The notes under the pieces are model-generated. The model was not told where the DNA came from. It ran no database searches and saw only the letters and a program-made list of their open reading frames with translations. A stretch of 64,000 nucleotides of DNA from sequence record ON287375.1. One strand, 5' to 3'. The translations under genes and the position numbers were made by a program. Each line of letters opens with the position of its first letter. Position 1 is the first letter of the stretch. Positions 27,201 through 37,312 of the stretch are shown one piece after another.

Positions 27201-30200
27201 TCAACAGCAGTCCAAGTACACAGTTTAGTAATGTCAGTTGTACCGGCCATTACTTTAAATGGTAATTCGAATTGCTGGAAGATCTTCAATGACAGTGGGT
27301 CAGTGACACTTTCAATAGAAGGGATTTGGTATGCGTTTAACTGCACAACCCCTCTTTGTTGAGTGTCATTAGTTCCATCATAACCTTCGACTTTCCAATA
27401 GAAATTGAACTTAGCGAAGAATGAAGATTTCCCTTTATACTTCAAGACCATCTCATCGCCATCAGGCTCAACAGATATGACCTCGAAATAAGGACCATAA
27501 CTACCGGCTGCTTCATCAAGGGTTACTTTAGTGGTTGGTAAACCACGGTTGGTAATCTTGAATCTAATTTCATCTTCATAACCATCACCCAGAGGGAATG
27601 GGTTTGGCGCACCTGTCCCTTGAATCCAGACAGCGTGTGAAGTTGAACTAGCAACCAAAGTAGGAAGCACAACATCAGGTACTTGTATAGTACCGCCCCG
27701 GAATGGAACCTCAATCACCCACGTAGTTTTTATCTCGGCGGAAGGAGGATTCCCTATATGGTAATCGGTACACCACATCCAAGCATTGTCATTTGCTTCA
27801 TCACCAGCAAGAACGAGGACACCTTCATCGGCACTATTAACAGGAGTGATACTAATAGGTTTACATTGACTGACTACATCAACACCATTAACGGTGATCT
27901 TGAATATAGTCGATCCACCTACCCTGTTAAATGGCGCAACCGAAACACGAATCGGTGTAATGATTGGATAATCAGCAGGTTTAACGACCTCAAATGGTTG
28001 AGTGAATTCACCTTTATGGGTAAACCCAGTTGCAGGATCTTTATACTCAAGCGAGAATTTGATTTCGCGTTTACCTAATTCAGCATCCAGAGGCGTAATG
28101 ACTTCATAAGTATAACCAGTTGTGGTGCTACCAGTTACTTTAATGATGTCATCTGGAACCATGGTGTATTTCAGGTTAGCGTCATTGATAGGGATATTCT
28201 TATCGTTGAGTTTAACTGTTAATGGCAATGTCCCTTTGTCACCATTACCACCTTTCAGGTTATTATTAATGCCTGTAACCAAAAGCGGCTTGTAAATAAA
28301 CTTACAGTCAAGATACAATGCAGTCCAGTCCAGATTCTCTACACCAGGTTTAGGTGAGTTTGGAACTCTGAAGACTAATTTGATCTCGCCCTCATATGGA
28401 CTGACAGCTTGACCGAAATACCGTCTTCTGTTATCACTAGCACCAGTGCCTCCAAGAGGACTAGATTTATTCAATTCCAATACACCTTTCAAATCGGTGT
28501 CTAGGTAATCGAGTGTATCCACATCGTTGAAACTAACCTTATCCTTAAAGACGGTTTGTGTTTCAAATAGGATGGATTCATCATCCATAGGCATTTCTAA
28601 TGACAAAGCAAGTCTATCTCCAGCTATTGGCTGAGATGGATTACCACGCATGAAATGAGCGATGAATGTCTTCTGATCCCAAGGGGCAATGTTGAAGACT
28701 ACTTCTGCTTCACCTTTCCATGTCCAGTTACGGTAGATACCGTTATAGATCATTTTCAGGGTAAGCGATTTGGCAGTTACATCAGCATTTACTACGGTGA
28801 AGTTTTTAACAGATACAGTAATGTAACCATTAGGTTGTTCTTCATCCAGTTCACAGTTCATCCAACCAGATTCTGCTGGTGACGGTAAACTAGGAGTCAG
28901 TAGGTTCAGATCACCGCATTTTGCTGATGTGATACCGATTTGACTGGTTTCAAACATCTTGCAAGCTTTAGGGGTAACCGGAACAATAGCTACTGGGGCC
29001 GAGGTATACTTTTCAGGAATCTCTACACGACGTGTAAAGTTATTTCCACCGTAAGTATAAGTGATGTTCATGAAATCAGAAACAGTCACTTCACGACCTG
29101 GAGCAACAACACCTTTCAGTGAGTAGTTAAAGCTTTCAGCATTCCAGTCGGTAACAGTAAGGACTCCTGCGTTAGGAGAACTACCCTCACCTTTCTCAAC
29201 TGTGATTTTCAGAGCACCGTTAGCAATTTCCTGTTTAGCATCGATAGGAATCCCACCAAACAGAATCTGGAGTTTATATTCCCCAGTATCGCCATCCTTA
29301 CCAATCAGCAAGTTATCACGATCAGCAATTTCGACACCCAACTCACCCATGATCTTGGTAGGAACTTTACCTTTCCAAACATCACGTGGTGCTGGATCAG
29401 TACCTGCTGCTGGAGACCAGAACACCAGTTCCATTTCACCCAGACCAGCTTCCACACCTTCAAAGACCAACTCAAAATCAACACCAGCCATCGAGTGACT
29501 AACATACTTGAGTGATTTAGGGAAGGTACTTAACTCTGGTTTAAAGGTTGCTGCAGCACCTACTTGCTTGCCTTTATAGATAGGGCGAACTTTCAGTTTA
29601 GATTCTACATCTACTGCACCTTCAAGATTAGAAGGCGAAACTGTACATTTGAAACGGGTAGGATCATCACTTCCTTGGATTTCAAATGAAGCATCAAAGT
29701 CCAATACTTGAACTTCTTCTACTTCATCTACTTTGTAGAGAACCTGCATACCGATTGTCTTGGTACTTGGAGTTTTCTCAGCATTGATGATTTCCCAACC
29801 ACGTGGTGCGATAAATTCAATCCATTCATTTTCAGGTTGAGTGGTTTTATAACCCTGAATAGGACTTAAAACTTTATCACCCATCTTGATTCCCTGACCG
29901 AAGGAACCCAGATCCCAAATCTTACCTTTAATTGGATCGTTATTAGTGATGCCAACTTTACCCATCTGAATACTCACTTTAGAAGAAATGGTTCCTTCTT
30001 TAGGAGTAGGTGCACCAACTTCATAAGTGACTTTGATGTCTTCAGGATAAACAGTTAAGGCTTCACTAACGTTAGAGCGAGTTGCCTGGATAATAACACC
30101 ATCAGCGGTTCCGCCAACAATATGGATGGCATGAGGTTTACCATTGTCGACTAACGAGTACTTCAGACCTGGAGTATTACCGAGGATCGGGTATTCGCCA

Positions 30201-33200
30201 TATTTCAAGGCCAATACAATCGTACCAGTTTCCATCCAAGGAATCGTGATTGCTGGAGTCTTGGACTCAACAGTAAACACTTCATCAGAAGAAGTCGTGG
30301 TTACTTTAACTGTGGTCGTTACATAGTCATCATTAACAACCGGTGGGTTGGTTGCATTTTCTCTGACAAATGTAATTGTTAATGTATCGGTAGCTTGACC
30401 CAGTAAGGTATACGGCAAGTCACCATCTGGAGTAATTTCACCCAGAGTGATGTTCTTAGGTATGGTACTCTTAGTAAGATCTACAGTCAGGTTCTTAGCA
30501 GGATCACCAGCATAAGTGAAGCGGAACTTCATTACGCCAGGAGTACCAGCTTTACCGGATAGTTCTTTAGGACCTTCGGTAATTACCAATTTCTTACCGT
30601 CGTACTTAGCGATTGTAAAGGTGCTTTCAGTATCAAGGGTATAGGTATTCCCACCCATGGAGTACTGTGCACTCAAACGCAGAGTAGTGGTAATAGAGTT
30701 AGTTTGACTACCGCTAGTAACGTACCAGTTATCAGGTTCGGTGAACGTGATGTATGGGTTAGTGCCGCGAGGAGTTAACTTCTCAATTGGGACCTTTCTA
30801 CCTTGGTCATCAACCAGAGTAATGCCGACAATACCACGCTCCCACACCTTAACGTTAAATGAAGGGTTTGCACCGATCTTAACACCAGGGATGTGAATCT
30901 TAACAGGTACCGTGTTATCGTTAGTCCAAAGCTTACCGGTCGGATCAGTATACTCAACATGAATCTTGAATTCATAGTCGTAATCAGTATCCTGTTCACC
31001 GCCTTTAGCCAACTTGATAGTCAGAGACTCATCATTAACTTTAACCAACTCAACAGGTTCACCTGCACCAGAGGTTGCAGTCAATTTAAGTTTAGGATCG
31101 TTCAGAGTCAACGGAATACCATCGAAGTTATAAACCAGATCGATAGTCTGCTCGGATTCCCAAACACCAGAGATACTCTTAGTGATATTAACAAGGTTCA
31201 ACTCGTGAGGCCAAGCGATATCAGTTGGAATATCAAAGGACATTGTCAAGTTAGATGGAACATGACGATAGATCAGCGTCATCAGGTATTTACCACCACG
31301 AGTGGTAGTATAACCCACAACAACACCTTTATTCTCTACAGGAGCACTAACGCCCATGATGAATGTTTCTGGAATAGTAGACATTGCTTTATCGAGCACA
31401 ACGTCGTCATCTGCTGGTTTACCTTTGTAAACAAAGTTACCAGTGATGCTACCTTCAACACGAGAATCTTTGGTGATGGATTTAGTATCCAACTGACCAC
31501 CAAAAGTAATCTGGTCCCAGGCCGGCAAATTGAAAGTAACTTCAGTTATGAACTTACGATTTTTAGCTTGCCCTACAGTCCATTTGATTTCTAATGGTAC
31601 GGTGATTGTTGTTGCTTCTTTCTCAGCCCAGATAACTTCCCAGTTAAAGACATTGAAAGCAATGTACTTACTTGTACCAATTGGCGTAATACTTGTTACT
31701 GCACCGTTCCAGTTAGTTTTACCAGCAATGATGTTGTAAGGTAAAGTACCGGTATCCCAGATAGCCGCATCGATAGTTGCCGGAGCATTCTCTAAACGCA
31801 TCTCTGGATAAACAGTGAAGACAGGTAATGTAAAGCGTACTTTGGTTTTGTTACCATCAAGAGGGTCGGTATAAGTGTATTCAAGATCAACACCAGACTG
31901 ACGGGTTTCACCGATGTATTCCCAAATGTTGTTGACTACCTCGATCCCGTCATCTTTGATATCAACAAAACGAATATCAGTTTCATCAAGACGTTTGTAG
32001 GAAAGGTTAGCATCAGTCAGTGGGACTACTTTACCTGCGAACATCAGTGTGATATGTGCCAGCTCAGGAGAGCCTGCAACTTCCACAGTGGTGTTTTTGT
32101 CGTAATCGCTCAGTACCAGTACACGAGACTGTTTAACATCAGTAGTGATGCTTACAATCGCAATATCACCAGTCTTAGGATCATCCACACCAGGACGTTG
32201 GATATAAACTTTACCAGGTTCGGTAGTTGGGTCCAGTTTAGTGTAGTTGGCACGAATAACGTTAGTTTCCGGGATATAAGAGAAAGAATCAAATCTGATA
32301 CCTTTAGGGGTAACCAGTTTATCTTTCATAACTACAGCGCGATCGGTGATATCATCAGCTAAGTGGTATACCTGGAACTCGAAGTAACCAGTTGAATCTG
32401 ACAGACCTTCGATCTTAACATTTGCCGGAACAGCTACCGTATCAGTGTTACCACCTTCACCTGTATCTGGATTCCAAGGGAGAACTCTGAAGTTCTGCTC
32501 GAAAGTAAAGTCACGCCAAACACCATCAACAGTGTAACGGAATTTGAACGGTACTTTAGTTACGATGGATTCTTCATCAGCACCTGGGGTTTTAGTTACG
32601 ATCCACTGAACGTCGCTTCCTTTCTTATGAGTAATGTACTCACTAGGATCTTCAAATTGGTATCCGCTGATACCACCAGTAACATCAGCGCCGTTAACTA
32701 ACAGTTTGAATGGATAACCACCAAACTGGTATTTCTTAACTTCTATCGGATTAGGATAAAGCGGAACTACTTCAACAGTAGAGACCTGGGCAACGATTAC
32801 GGTTACTTGACGAGTAATGGTATACCGCACACCAGTTGGTGCGATCCAAGCGAATCTTTGATCATAAACATCTTGGATTTCTTGGCCAGGCTTGTTGGCA
32901 TCTTTGATCAGTGTATAATTAACACCGAGCTGATCCACACTGTTGTATTCGATAAGACCTTTATCACCTTTAACACCCGTCTTGATCTGAAGATCAGTTG
33001 GTGAAATAGGTTCGTTATTATAGAACGCACCTACAGTGAGAAGACCTTTATCATTTTTATAACCACGAATAACTGCCGGGAAACTACGGATCTCAAACTT
33101 AGGTGCAGTTTCTGGACGAGTCAAGATAACGTTAACATAAGCCGGAGCTTTAGATGTTACATCACCTTCATTATAAGTAAACTCAGCAGTATACAACCCA

Positions 33201-34369
33201 CCTACTTGTTCAACAGTATTAGGGAAGTTGGTGCTCAAATGACCTTCATAGATCATAGAACCATCGGTATCATGACCTGTGAATTTCAGAGGACCAAAGT
33301 TACCTTGCTGGAGCATCTGGGAAGGTGGCGCTGTGATCTTAACTTCTTTACCTTTGTAGAAAGCTTTGATCTTAACAATTACATCAGAACCAGAAGGAGC
33401 TGTAACTGTAGGGGGATCAATCTCAAAGGTCAGATCAAGTTCATTATCTTTCTCGATAATTACATTGATCTTAAACGTTTTCTTAACGGGACGGTTTTGC
33501 CACATATAGGTAACACGGACAAAGATCTCATCGTGAACTTCTTTCTCAGCAGAACCATAAATGGTTTCACCCAGAATGAAGTTACCGTCTTCAGAACGTT
33601 TAGGAATAGTGTAACCAGAACCCGTACTGATCTCGATCTGAGCTTCATGGGTAATGTCGATCGTGGTGTTGAACCAGTAAGTGTTTGGGATGCTGAAGTC
33701 TTTACCACGTTGAGTAGTAATAGACTCTGGCAAGTTAGACGTGATTCCAGGGACATTAGCTTCATCCAGAACCAGTTCATAAATGAACAGCGGATAAGTA
33801 CCAGTACCGAAAGACGCATCAGTGATTTTAACAGTACCTGATTCCAGGGTGTCGTAATCAATGAAAGTCAGAGATTCACGTTCAGTGACATACTCACTAA
33901 AGAACAGTTCACCAAAAGCAGCCATTGGGCCAGAGATAGTCTTAGCTTCTTCTTGAGAAACCAATACACCATAGTTGTTCAACCACTTACACCATAACAG
34001 TGCATGATCAACTTTATTGGCTTTAACATAAGCTTTCAAGTTATCCAGGTCTTCGATCTCGATCATAGGAACGGCGAAGTCTTCCAGGATATCTTTCATC
34101 TGTACACGAGTGATGTCGACGTCAACACGTGCAAAACCGGTTTTGCGCGCAGTAAAGCAAACGCGAGTAATACCATCTGGGAATGCTACTGGATTCTCAA
34201 TAACTAAATCACCAGCAACAAGTCCAGTGTAACGCTCTTTAGCGAGAGCTAACTCGTCCTCAGGTCCTTCAACCTCAAGGCGTTTGATACGTTCCTTTAA
34301 GAAACGCTCAACAGGCGTGTATAACGGATCGTTAATACACTTTTTGTTAATCTTAATTTGCTCTGCCAT
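24248..34369 (-). CDS. giant Ig-like repeat virion fibre segment 1, 3373 aa, with conserved N-terminal domain
   Basis: Start at ATG 34369 (MAEQIK) after aggag SD; ~200-aa N-domain plus ~29 repeats of ~100-115 aa. Confidence 0.92.
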   Translation of the reverse strand: MAEQIKINKKCINDPLYTPVERFLKERIKRLEVEGPEDELALAKERYTGLVAGDLVIENPVAFPDGITRVCFTARKTGFARVDVDITRVQMKDILEDFAVPMIEIEDLDNLKAYVKANKVDHALLWCKWLNNYGVLVSQEEAKTISGPMAAFGELFFSEYVTERESLTFIDYDTLESGTVKITDASFGTGTYPLFIYELVLDEANVPGITSNLPESITTQRGKDFSIPNTYWFNTTIDITHEAQIEISTGSGYTIPKRSEDGNFILGETIYGSAEKEVHDEIFVRVTYMWQNRPVKKTFKINVIIEKDNELDLTFEIDPPTVTAPSGSDVIVKIKAFYKGKEVKITAPPSQMLQQGNFGPLKFTGHDTDGSMIYEGHLSTNFPNTVEQVGGLYTAEFTYNEGDVTSKAPAYVNVILTRPETAPKFEIRSFPAVIRGYKNDKGLLTVGAFYNNEPISPTDLQIKTGVKGDKGLIEYNSVDQLGVNYTLIKDANKPGQEIQDVYDQRFAWIAPTGVRYTITRQVTVIVAQVSTVEVVPLYPNPIEVKKYQFGGYPFKLLVNGADVTGGISGYQFEDPSEYITHKKGSDVQWIVTKTPGADEESIVTKVPFKFRYTVDGVWRDFTFEQNFRVLPWNPDTGEGGNTDTVAVPANVKIEGLSDSTGYFEFQVYHLADDITDRAVVMKDKLVTPKGIRFDSFSYIPETNVIRANYTKLDPTTEPGKVYIQRPGVDDPKTGDIAIVSITTDVKQSRVLVLSDYDKNTTVEVAGSPELAHITLMFAGKVVPLTDANLSYKRLDETDIRFVDIKDDGIEVVNNIWEYIGETRQSGVDLEYTYTDPLDGNKTKVRFTLPVFTVYPEMRLENAPATIDAAIWDTGTLPYNIIAGKTNWNGAVTSITPIGTSKYIAFNVFNWEVIWAEKEATTITVPLEIKWTVGQAKNRKFITEVTFNLPAWDQITFGGQLDTKSITKDSRVEGSITGNFVYKGKPADDDVVLDKAMSTIPETFIMGVSAPVENKGVVVGYTTTRGGKYLMTLIYRHVPSNLTMSFDIPTDIAWPHELNLVNITKSISGVWESEQTIDLVYNFDGIPLTLNDPKLKLTATSGAGEPVELVKVNDESLTIKLAKGGEQDTDYDYEFKIHVEYTDPTGKLWTNDNTVPVKIHIPGVKIGANPSFNVKVWERGIVGITLVDDQGRKVPIEKLTPRGTNPYITFTEPDNWYVTSGSQTNSITTTLRLSAQYSMGGNTYTLDTESTFTIAKYDGKKLVITEGPKELSGKAGTPGVMKFRFTYAGDPAKNLTVDLTKSTIPKNITLGEITPDGDLPYTLLGQATDTLTITFVRENATNPPVVNDDYVTTTVKVTTTSSDEVFTVESKTPAITIPWMETGTIVLALKYGEYPILGNTPGLKYSLVDNGKPHAIHIVGGTADGVIIQATRSNVSEALTVYPEDIKVTYEVGAPTPKEGTISSKVSIQMGKVGITNNDPIKGKIWDLGSFGQGIKMGDKVLSPIQGYKTTQPENEWIEFIAPRGWEIINAEKTPSTKTIGMQVLYKVDEVEEVQVLDFDASFEIQGSDDPTRFKCTVSPSNLEGAVDVESKLKVRPIYKGKQVGAAATFKPELSTFPKSLKYVSHSMAGVDFELVFEGVEAGLGEMELVFWSPAAGTDPAPRDVWKGKVPTKIMGELGVEIADRDNLLIGKDGDTGEYKLQILFGGIPIDAKQEIANGALKITVEKGEGSSPNAGVLTVTDWNAESFNYSLKGVVAPGREVTVSDFMNITYTYGGNNFTRRVEIPEKYTSAPVAIVPVTPKACKMFETSQIGITSAKCGDLNLLTPSLPSPAESGWMNCELDEEQPNGYITVSVKNFTVVNADVTAKSLTLKMIYNGIYRNWTWKGEAEVVFNIAPWDQKTFIAHFMRGNPSQPIAGDRLALSLEMPMDDESILFETQTVFKDKVSFNDVDTLDYLDTDLKGVLELNKSSPLGGTGASDNRRRYFGQAVSPYEGEIKLVFRVPNSPKPGVENLDWTALYLDCKFIYKPLLVTGINNNLKGGNGDKGTLPLTVKLNDKNIPINDANLKYTMVPDDIIKVTGSTTTGYTYEVITPLDAELGKREIKFSLEYKDPATGFTHKGEFTQPFEVVKPADYPIITPIRVSVAPFNRVGGSTIFKITVNGVDVVSQCKPISITPVNSADEGVLVLAGDEANDNAWMWCTDYHIGNPPSAEIKTTWVIEVPFRGGTIQVPDVVLPTLVASSTSHAVWIQGTGAPNPFPLGDGYEDEIRFKITNRGLPTTKVTLDEAAGSYGPYFEVISVEPDGDEMVLKYKGKSSFFAKFNFYWKVEGYDGTNDTQQRGVVQLNAYQIPSIESVTDPLSLKIFQQFELPFKVMAGTTDITKLCTWTAVDTDYIEIFRPINTQLGPSGQVVKADTTEVKKEVIFTIQSPASHGNLTLTQKVNIIIAAWDQIEFYGIPTTGFVKQDDGLVVPIPFTNTWNAVIVQAMMMNKVRPNGGGVSSLSDFLKITSSDPDAVTQISQISDGNGVTSRIMPNKAGKFPGTMVLRYKGNAAEASAPNGYPAGTEGKNQSTIDVTWYVFEDKITFREGFEPKPLIIPNGSTAVIDVPFDAVWGLRQVMINSTAEVNFVGLSHDTGIASLFGQNNTTGTNRFNWDKDRYKIQPAKITVGESDVTSYYTFNIQWINPINKKNYSFSYDQPIIFKGKEGAKDPVLTVTDVQEVTTDVWKKQTGLPFKLAIDGVNYPIDTSTVTSVKVADADKAWLEAGPKLTDGYRVIDGDPEPSVKEGTFILTVVQGPRTWEIEQKVKFNISAYDGNSLRMNIRLPNSFNNGVAIPVNTNTLIMFEGTFQGVALTNNYNKLSYWPAKSSQTQIEVYGQTFQQMYYQLSAKGILDSQDSEQATYCIGFKEKENDPNAKEGVDYVILTIPTYCYNPNRFYPVTWDPVIEGMAGTNLNYKWNFTLRRGIVASKLGSGTNAASSTDIKPAGVLNRTGFSDNQLEYAFASEIDVATKETDMTIMIGNTSDFDTMAARFPVKAIQHTNVPFPTIKDPQTELTVHYNDTGAVPFKVDWKGTDVTDQISIVRISDNSYIEIKDKQWHVKHADPQTVKVMPTIEADIVLDSVTFTLKQQVTFTVLGYNGKQINVEAGFALLMVDEVGYLEIKGDYSGDPLSGNVIFDAANSDNGGIVTFGAYEFTTNESMVIKLTGKAPGEDGVRIRIKSVHDTGNGNIGSDYVDLYPKVTVLPKELTPAARFETTGEGNYWEPPVLGQAVMLGDKPLANTDSDLIIEILDYPDVTIKTLSSATVGYSFTNNSDTEIKHQFKQKFTYKGRSEYVVDITLTQLPSPTTPFVTDITQIDAEYGKSYLAPFKVISPR

Positions 34370-34440
34370 TAGCAGGCTCCTTTTCAAAAATAGAGATTCT
34401 AAACTTTACAGGCTTTAAAGCAAAGGATTCCTAACTCCAT

Positions 34441-34449
34441 ACCATAATA
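34441..34449 (-). promoter_or_regulatory. putative late promoter, TATG core
   Basis: tattatggt upstream of the 3373-aa gene, just after a hairpin. Confidence 0.4.
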
Positions 34450-34453
34450 AAGA

Positions 34454-34475
34454 GAACCCAGGTTTCCCCAGGTTC
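34454..34475 (-). terminator. hairpin terminator
   Basis: gaacctggg-GAAA-cctgggttc followed by tcttt on the minus strand. Confidence 0.65.
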
Positions 34476-34483
34476 CCTTCAGG

Positions 34484-37312
34484 TTATTTGGTACCTTCTA
34501 TAGAGATAACTAATGGATAGAAGTTAACATCTGGAGATGGGAATCTGAATATAGCGTCAGCAAAGAAAGAAGTACCTTTAGTTGGTTTCTCAGTTGCTTT
34601 AACTTTAACATATCCGATACCAGTTTGACGATCATAAATAAGATCAATCTTTCTGGCTTCTATATTGACGTTGTGTTTCCAGAAGTCATCAATACGAATT
34701 AACTTAGGAATCCCACCGAGGGCGTCACGGAACAACCAACGATAAGTGAGTATCCCTTTATCGAACTTGTGATCCAACTCGGTAGCTGTAGCTGCTGGGC
34801 CATAGTAAAAGTCGCCAGTAGAAACTTCGGCACTATAGTTAGTCCCAACAACATCAACAATGAAATCAATATTGAAGTTAGTTACTTCTTTAACACTACC
34901 CAACTCTCTTGAGTGTTTGATTTCCCCAGTAAGGAAATTATACTCGAAGTTCATTGGATAATTTTCCATGTCATCTGGTTTGACCACAGAGAGTGCACGT
35001 GGAATAGCTGTGTTAGATTTAAGTTGGTGGGTAAAGATAATACGTCCATCTTTAATTTCGTACTTAGCTAACTCGGTCCAATAACGAGGTCTTGGTTTAT
35101 GGACTTCACTAACCGAAACAGATTGAATGTGACTACCTTCCGCACCAACAATTTCCAGTTTAGCCTTCAACGCATATTTAACTTGTTCGTTATCAATAGG
35201 CTCACATTTGATGTTAAATGTCAGGACACCTGTTTGATCATCGAAGTTCTGTGCGTAATCAACCGTCTTCTCAACATAGACATTGGAGATTTGCTCCACG
35301 CCTAACAGCTTGACATCAGTAGGTAATGAATGGTCTTTGAGAATTGGTGTGATTTTAACAATTAACTGATCGCCGATAACTACGGTGTTTTTGTTGAATG
35401 CAGCTGGGAAGTTATCCGATCCAAATTTAACCTTGCTTTGAAAGGGAGTTTCCAAAGGTGATTCATAGCCAGGCAGAATGGTCTTACCTTTAACAATGTG
35501 CGTTTCAGCTAAACCAGTTGGAGTGAATTTAAACAGGATTGTCAGAAGTCCATTACGGTAAACGACCTTAGGTGCGACTACTTCAATGCCGTTCAACTCA
35601 ATACGGTTACCAATGAGTTCTAAAGCGGCAGGAGACGTCCCATCAGCAAAGGTGGGGCGTAATACCACTTTCTCTACATCATTCACTACAGAGTGTTCTA
35701 CAACCTCATATTGAAGTTGCGTTCCACCTTCTGGTTCAGGGATATAATCCACAGTCTTAAGGTGTAAAGGTACTTTAACAAACACACCAGTCTCTACTAC
35801 AACAGAACCGATAATCTCAACTTCTATAGCTTCACTGGTTTGAGCAGGTAATTCAAAGTATCCTGTAACCTTATTATTAGAGGTATCCAAATTCTGAATA
35901 ACTTTAATAGATGATGGAATACGATTAACCAGCAAATGTAAAGAAGTGGCATCAATTGATTTGATCTTAGAATCAGAAACTAATGAAAACTCATAAGACA
36001 TGGATTCTTCATTGTCTCTAACAATCGACTCGCCGTAGATTGCAATTGGATTAATAGTTGCTTGTGTCATCCAAGGTACTGGCTTGTTGTCAATAATGAA
36101 ATGACCACGGAGTTTATAATTCAACTGTCTACTGATATCGGTGGCAACTTCCCAAGAAGCAATGAACTCATTAGTCCCAGGAATCCAATCAACTCTAGGG
36201 CTTAAACCACCAATCAAATTAGAAATAAAATCTGCTGGAGGAACATGCAAGTTCTGGAGTTTGTAATTCCAATCTTCTTTAGAATTAATACTGAAACGAA
36301 CCTGAACAATACCAGAACTAAAAGTTACTGTCTCAACATCTGCTCTGTAAGTTGATTGATGTGTATAGCCGACAGTTAAGTTGAAATCAACGGCTGGGTA
36401 ATCTTCAGCTTTAGCTTTGGTAATAAAGTTGTAATCTATAGTCCCTTCTGGAACAACACTCACTACAATACCAAACTCATACAACCCTGTTTGAGAATCG
36501 TAACTAATGGTGTTAGGTTGGACGATACCTGTAGGTACATTATTACCATATAGGAATGGTGTCACTAATGAGAAAGAACTTGGAGGTAATCCAGTATCAG
36601 CCCATTTAACTTCCATCATAATGTGGAGAGTCTTTTCTTTGAGAACTTTGCTGATAACTTTATAGTTAATAGTTTTAGTTCTTTCCAAACGCCCTTCAAA
36701 AGAAACAACTGCACCTGGTTGATCTGGTGTAGATCTAACTGCTGACTGATATTTCATATCAGCGTACTTAGCTTTGCTTTTAGCTTGGTATTCCCCGATC
36801 AACTCACCTGTGATTGGGTTATAGGTTTGAGATACAATTTTGTTACTAACTAAATTACCGGTAGGTTCTGCTTCACCATCAAAGCAGGCAAACTTAGGAA
36901 TTTTACCGTTAGTTCTTCTTACCTTTAAAGTCACGACAAACTTGTCATCATGGAATTTAAAGGAAGGAGATTTAACTTCCAAAGCTGGTTCTGGAATACG
37001 AAGCTTTTCGTTATGCTCAAAAGGTGTGGGATATTTCTCACCGACAATGGCATAACTACCAGTGATCACAAATGGGACTTTAACATCTGGATCTGTTTCG
37101 GTCTCCACCTTAAACACTGTGCGGTAAGTACCTGTATTTGGTTCATAGCCTTGTGATTCAGGTTTGGTATCAATTCCCTTAATTTCATTAAGGGAAACTT
37201 GTTTAGGATAACCGCCTCTTGTGTAGCGAATGACATGCTCCACAACTAGACGATCGATACCTTCTCTTTTTATTCCGCCACTAAGATATATAGTGGTTGG
37301 ATGATCGATCAT
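34484..37312 (-). CDS. Ig-like repeat putative virion protein, 942 aa
   Basis: SD ggagg; ~9 repeats carrying a Y/F-x-x-x-T-G motif. Confidence 0.85.
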   Translation of the reverse strand: MIDHPTTIYLSGGIKREGIDRLVVEHVIRYTRGGYPKQVSLNEIKGIDTKPESQGYEPNTGTYRTVFKVETETDPDVKVPFVITGSYAIVGEKYPTPFEHNEKLRIPEPALEVKSPSFKFHDDKFVVTLKVRRTNGKIPKFACFDGEAEPTGNLVSNKIVSQTYNPITGELIGEYQAKSKAKYADMKYQSAVRSTPDQPGAVVSFEGRLERTKTINYKVISKVLKEKTLHIMMEVKWADTGLPPSSFSLVTPFLYGNNVPTGIVQPNTISYDSQTGLYEFGIVVSVVPEGTIDYNFITKAKAEDYPAVDFNLTVGYTHQSTYRADVETVTFSSGIVQVRFSINSKEDWNYKLQNLHVPPADFISNLIGGLSPRVDWIPGTNEFIASWEVATDISRQLNYKLRGHFIIDNKPVPWMTQATINPIAIYGESIVRDNEESMSYEFSLVSDSKIKSIDATSLHLLVNRIPSSIKVIQNLDTSNNKVTGYFELPAQTSEAIEVEIIGSVVVETGVFVKVPLHLKTVDYIPEPEGGTQLQYEVVEHSVVNDVEKVVLRPTFADGTSPAALELIGNRIELNGIEVVAPKVVYRNGLLTILFKFTPTGLAETHIVKGKTILPGYESPLETPFQSKVKFGSDNFPAAFNKNTVVIGDQLIVKITPILKDHSLPTDVKLLGVEQISNVYVEKTVDYAQNFDDQTGVLTFNIKCEPIDNEQVKYALKAKLEIVGAEGSHIQSVSVSEVHKPRPRYWTELAKYEIKDGRIIFTHQLKSNTAIPRALSVVKPDDMENYPMNFEYNFLTGEIKHSRELGSVKEVTNFNIDFIVDVVGTNYSAEVSTGDFYYGPAATATELDHKFDKGILTYRWLFRDALGGIPKLIRIDDFWKHNVNIEARKIDLIYDRQTGIGYVKVKATEKPTKGTSFFADAIFRFPSPDVNFYPLVISIEGTK

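Noticed and set aside
30893-33841. Plus-strand ORFs of 100-230 aa within the giant genes (e.g. 30893-31594, 33206-33841) and similar shadows elsewhere
   Set aside because: Antisense or alternative-frame ORFs inside long bona fide CDSs, with no SD and no recognisable motifs
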